DNA of 38,733 nucleotides from Candidatus Brocadiia bacterium (GTDB lineage Bacteria; Planctomycetota; Brocadiia; SM23-32): NCBI GenBank assembly GCA_046538485.1, contig JBKHIT010000048.1, positions 1 to 38,733 of the forward strand, read 5' to 3'. Shown piece by piece: positions 35,667 to 38,733 of this stretch (position 1 is its first letter; each line of letters starts with the position of its first letter). The notes under the pieces were generated by a model. It saw only the letters and a program-made list of their open reading frames with translations, ran no database searches and was not told where the DNA came from. The position numbers and the translations under genes were made by a program.

Positions 35667-38600
35667 ATGATTTCTGTGACCAGACAGGCCGGGGTTGGAT
35701 TGGAGATGGCAGCGGATGGTGTTCGGACCGACACCAGCTCGACAGACGGCAGTTGCGGAACCTGCGGCTCCTCCCCGGATGCCGACTACGAGCCACCCTC
35801 CCTCGGCAGCACCCGAACGATATCGGCTTCAGAAGCTGGAAACATACACAAAACCATCGAGCGCACATTCACAGTGATCCAGGACCGCATCGAAGCCACC
35901 GTCAAGGGGGAAGAAAATTGGCAAATTCTATCCGCTATGACCTTCTACCCGGGCGTTGAGTATGAGTTCAGGTTGGTGATAGACGGCGGAGCGGAGGGCG
36001 AGCTTCAGCCCGATTCCCGGCAGTGGTATGTGGACAGGTGGGTGCGGGAACGGGAGAGCGACCCCGGCGATGCGCCGACGTTCTCAGAGCCTCAGAAGAA
36101 ACTCTGCCTCGTGCTCGGGGAGACGGGCGATACTTTCACTCACGCCTTCGAGAAAGCCGGCGATTACAACCTCCGCTGCCGCTATCGCCACGACGAGCAG
36201 AGATTTGATATGGATGTGGCGGTGGAGGTGGGTGAGATGCAAACGCAAGGAGTTGCGGGCGCTGGAAGCGGGGAAAAGCTCTATTTCTCGATCCCTCAAG
36301 ATGGTTGGACACCGAAGGAAGTGAGAAAGTTGTTCTACGGAATTAACATTTGGGAGCACTTACAAACAGAAGAAGGCTTAGTCAAAGTGCATTTGCGATA
36401 CTTGCGCAACAAAAAGCCCACTCAAGCTGGTGACACAGAATGGTGGTATGTTGATTGGGATGGGAGGGACGAGTCTGGGAACATTCGCCTATCCAATCAC
36501 TACGGTTATCAGATTGGATTCAGGATTCCTTTCATGGGCTCTGGCGCTGATTATGCTTATACCAACATGGGGAAATACAATAGCATATGGTTTGACGATC
36601 AGCGACCTTGCACAGGTGATTACGCTGATGACATTGGGAACACCATCTTTGCCCTTGTCAACAGTGACGGGGGACTCTATTTAAACGAGTCTCCTGACCG
36701 TCATATTTTGGCCGTACGCGGGACGAGTTTGGCCAAAGGGGAGTGGTACTGGGAGATTACTGAAGAGAAAACGTCGAAGGAGTTCCCGCTTCTGCAAGGT
36801 CTGAAAGTGTATCAGCCGGAAGGGGACGACGAAGATATTTTTCAGCGTATACCCCCCGAACCAGAAACTTGGTCAAATCCCGACCAGGAGCCTGATGTAA
36901 TGCCTATCTACAATCGTGATGCGAATGCCAAGTATAGCCCTGGTGACTTTGCCATGGTCAGGTTCAACTTTAAACTAGCAGAAGGAGTTGAGGTTCACCG
37001 CGATCTTCGCATTTTTGTGCAGGAGTTTGGTATCACGGTAACTTTGCCGGAGCCAGACGATCAGGGCTACCCTGTGTACCTCCCTGAAGAATTAGAGCAG
37101 GATCCGGGAGCGGCCGTTATGCTTAACGAGGATTGGGACAACCGGAAGATATATCTTGCCGACAAGGATAATGCCAGGTATGGCGGAGACCCTAGCGAAG
37201 ATCACTACGAGTATGAGCCCGTATTGGATAAGGACTACGTGCTGCAGCCGGTAGAAAACGAGACCGATTTGGTCGAGATCACATTAATGGCACCCGAGCA
37301 GAAACGAGCTCCTGAAGTGATCCTCTCGGCACCAAAGGGCCGAGAGAAGATACGGTTGTGGCCCCGGCGGGCGAAAGGGGGGCCGGAGGATTACGTAGAT
37401 ATTCCCAAAGACGGTATAATGCTTCAGAAGCTCAGGGACCGTATTGGCGACGAAACCACTACTGATGGCCAGACAAAGGTTTATCTTGAAGGTCGGCGGC
37501 TTTCGCAAGCCCGCCTTAAGCTTTCCTGCTCGGGAACGGCGGAGGCGGGGACCACCGTCAGTGACACGGTCTTATTCAACGTAGTTTCACTTCGGTTGGG
37601 AGCTAACATGTCCTTTGTGGAAGCGGAAAAATGCCTCTATCCAGGCGTTGATGGGATGGCACTTGCTGACGACCCGTCTTCTTACGACTACTGGTGGGAC
37701 TTCGATGGTCAAGGAGGGAACCCGCCGGTTTCAGATGAGCGCATTACGGGCGTTGTCTACCAGGACGAAGAGCCGGTTTCGGAGGAACTTCATTGGGTTG
37801 ATATGAGCTACACTTGGCCAAACCGGCGGAAAGTATACGATGTAGCGGTAGAACTGAAGAAGGGAGACCACTCCCTGTTGACCATGTCCCGGAAACTAAG
37901 GGTTGCGTTTCCGCGAGTGGCTGGAAGGCCCTTGCCAGGGCAAGAAGACGAAGCAAAAAGACAGTCGGAAGTCGACGACGGTGTCGCGGCACTAATGGCA
38001 CTTAACGGGTGGGCGGCATGGCCCGTTGATTTCGAGCCACCTCATCAAGGCCGTCCTCCGGTGTTCTATGAGGCTTCTCCACCACACCCAGGTTCGATCG
38101 CACAGACGGTTGCGAGCTTAGTGGACAACAGAACAGAGTTTACCAGTGTTAAGCTATTTCCGCTGGCTTGGAGTGCTGAGCACGGAACTCTACCATTTCT
38201 GATGTGCGTGATCGAGAAAGAGCATTTCCATTGCCGCCAGTTACGCACATTGGTGGAACACGAGCAAGGAAACGTTGTTTATCAGGATCGGAAACTTATT
38301 GCGCGGGGTGACCTAACTCGGGTTTACAAGGACTTGCGAGTAAGGGTCGGTAACGACGAGTTTTCAATAACAGATAGTGAGTTCGCGGACGTCTTGGACA
38401 CCGAAGGATACCTTCTCGAACTGAAACGAGTAAACTATGACGAATCTGACAAACGCGTAGGGTGGCAATTTGGAAGGCATTTGGCATTGAAGTTTGCTGA
38501 ACAATACAGCGGCGTCTGCATGAATGTCAGAGAGAAAATGAAGAATGTTCCAAGCGGGGCACGTCGCTATCGACGTTACCTGCAAGAGATGTATGATGCA

Positions 38601-38672
38601 TTACCGATACTGCAAATCAAGCAGGAGATCCGACCTCCGGGTCCTCCAAAGGAGTTAGAAAACACTGGATAA
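35667..38672 (+). CDS. Large multidomain protein (PKD/FlgD-Ig-like, PAD-middle-like, C-terminal zincin-like), no signal peptide (gene C)
   Basis: 1001-codon ORF; TFTHAFEKAGDY, WDGRDESGN, GAAVMLNEDWDN...ETDLVEI...KIRLW...VYLEG, YWWDFDG, KEHFHCRQ; start uncertain (35667 or 35706). Confidence 0.8.
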   Translation: MISVTRQAGVGLEMAADGVRTDTSSTDGSCGTCGSSPDADYEPPSLGSTRTISASEAGNIHKTIERTFTVIQDRIEATVKGEENWQILSAMTFYPGVEYEFRLVIDGGAEGELQPDSRQWYVDRWVRERESDPGDAPTFSEPQKKLCLVLGETGDTFTHAFEKAGDYNLRCRYRHDEQRFDMDVAVEVGEMQTQGVAGAGSGEKLYFSIPQDGWTPKEVRKLFYGINIWEHLQTEEGLVKVHLRYLRNKKPTQAGDTEWWYVDWDGRDESGNIRLSNHYGYQIGFRIPFMGSGADYAYTNMGKYNSIWFDDQRPCTGDYADDIGNTIFALVNSDGGLYLNESPDRHILAVRGTSLAKGEWYWEITEEKTSKEFPLLQGLKVYQPEGDDEDIFQRIPPEPETWSNPDQEPDVMPIYNRDANAKYSPGDFAMVRFNFKLAEGVEVHRDLRIFVQEFGITVTLPEPDDQGYPVYLPEELEQDPGAAVMLNEDWDNRKIYLADKDNARYGGDPSEDHYEYEPVLDKDYVLQPVENETDLVEITLMAPEQKRAPEVILSAPKGREKIRLWPRRAKGGPEDYVDIPKDGIMLQKLRDRIGDETTTDGQTKVYLEGRRLSQARLKLSCSGTAEAGTTVSDTVLFNVVSLRLGANMSFVEAEKCLYPGVDGMALADDPSSYDYWWDFDGQGGNPPVSDERITGVVYQDEEPVSEELHWVDMSYTWPNRRKVYDVAVELKKGDHSLLTMSRKLRVAFPRVAGRPLPGQEDEAKRQSEVDDGVAALMALNGWAAWPVDFEPPHQGRPPVFYEASPPHPGSIAQTVASLVDNRTEFTSVKLFPLAWSAEHGTLPFLMCVIEKEHFHCRQLRTLVEHEQGNVVYQDRKLIARGDLTRVYKDLRVRVGNDEFSITDSEFADVLDTEGYLLELKRVNYDESDKRVGWQFGRHLALKFAEQYSGVCMNVREKMKNVPSGARRYRRYLQEMYDALPILQIKQEIRPPGPPKELENTG

Positions 38673-38733
38673 GCTGGGAACTAAGCGGCCTCAGGTAAGT
38701 AATTGTGTGTTTTGAAATCCACGGAAAGGATTT

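Overview
Bacterial chromosome segment, probably from a Planctomycetota/PVC-type organism (inferred from a multi-HTH sigma-70-like protein and a DPF...YSVGPDG protein type). Several cytoplasmic proteins are markedly acidic. Left part (1-11.6 kb): tspO, a lipoprotein, lgt, a decayed arsC, an internally deleted gene, a Gfo/Idh/MocA oxidoreductase, a REP/RPE-like palindrome, an O-antigen-ligase/TPR protein, an NDH-2-like flavoprotein and DUF981. Middle (11.6-31.2 kb): housekeeping and energy genes, namely a sigma54 activator with a pseudo-receiver, pnp, rpsO with a long structured leader, a complete group 3b [NiFe]-hydrogenase operon with its protease, a degenerate sigma-like protein, DUF1015, folK, thiD, lysC, cimA and valS. 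After valS an accessory region begins: a probable hsdM scar, a self-contained promoter-hairpins-terminator sRNA candidate, a second promoter with a structured leader, and three large uncharacterised genes with Ca-binding/Ig-like modules and GC-mosaic composition. These resemble a polymorphic effector/immunity cassette locus running off the right edge and are the best candidate for an undescribed system. No rRNA, tRNA, CRISPR array or intact transposase was recognised. All family calls come from motif recognition by eye; no database searches were run.
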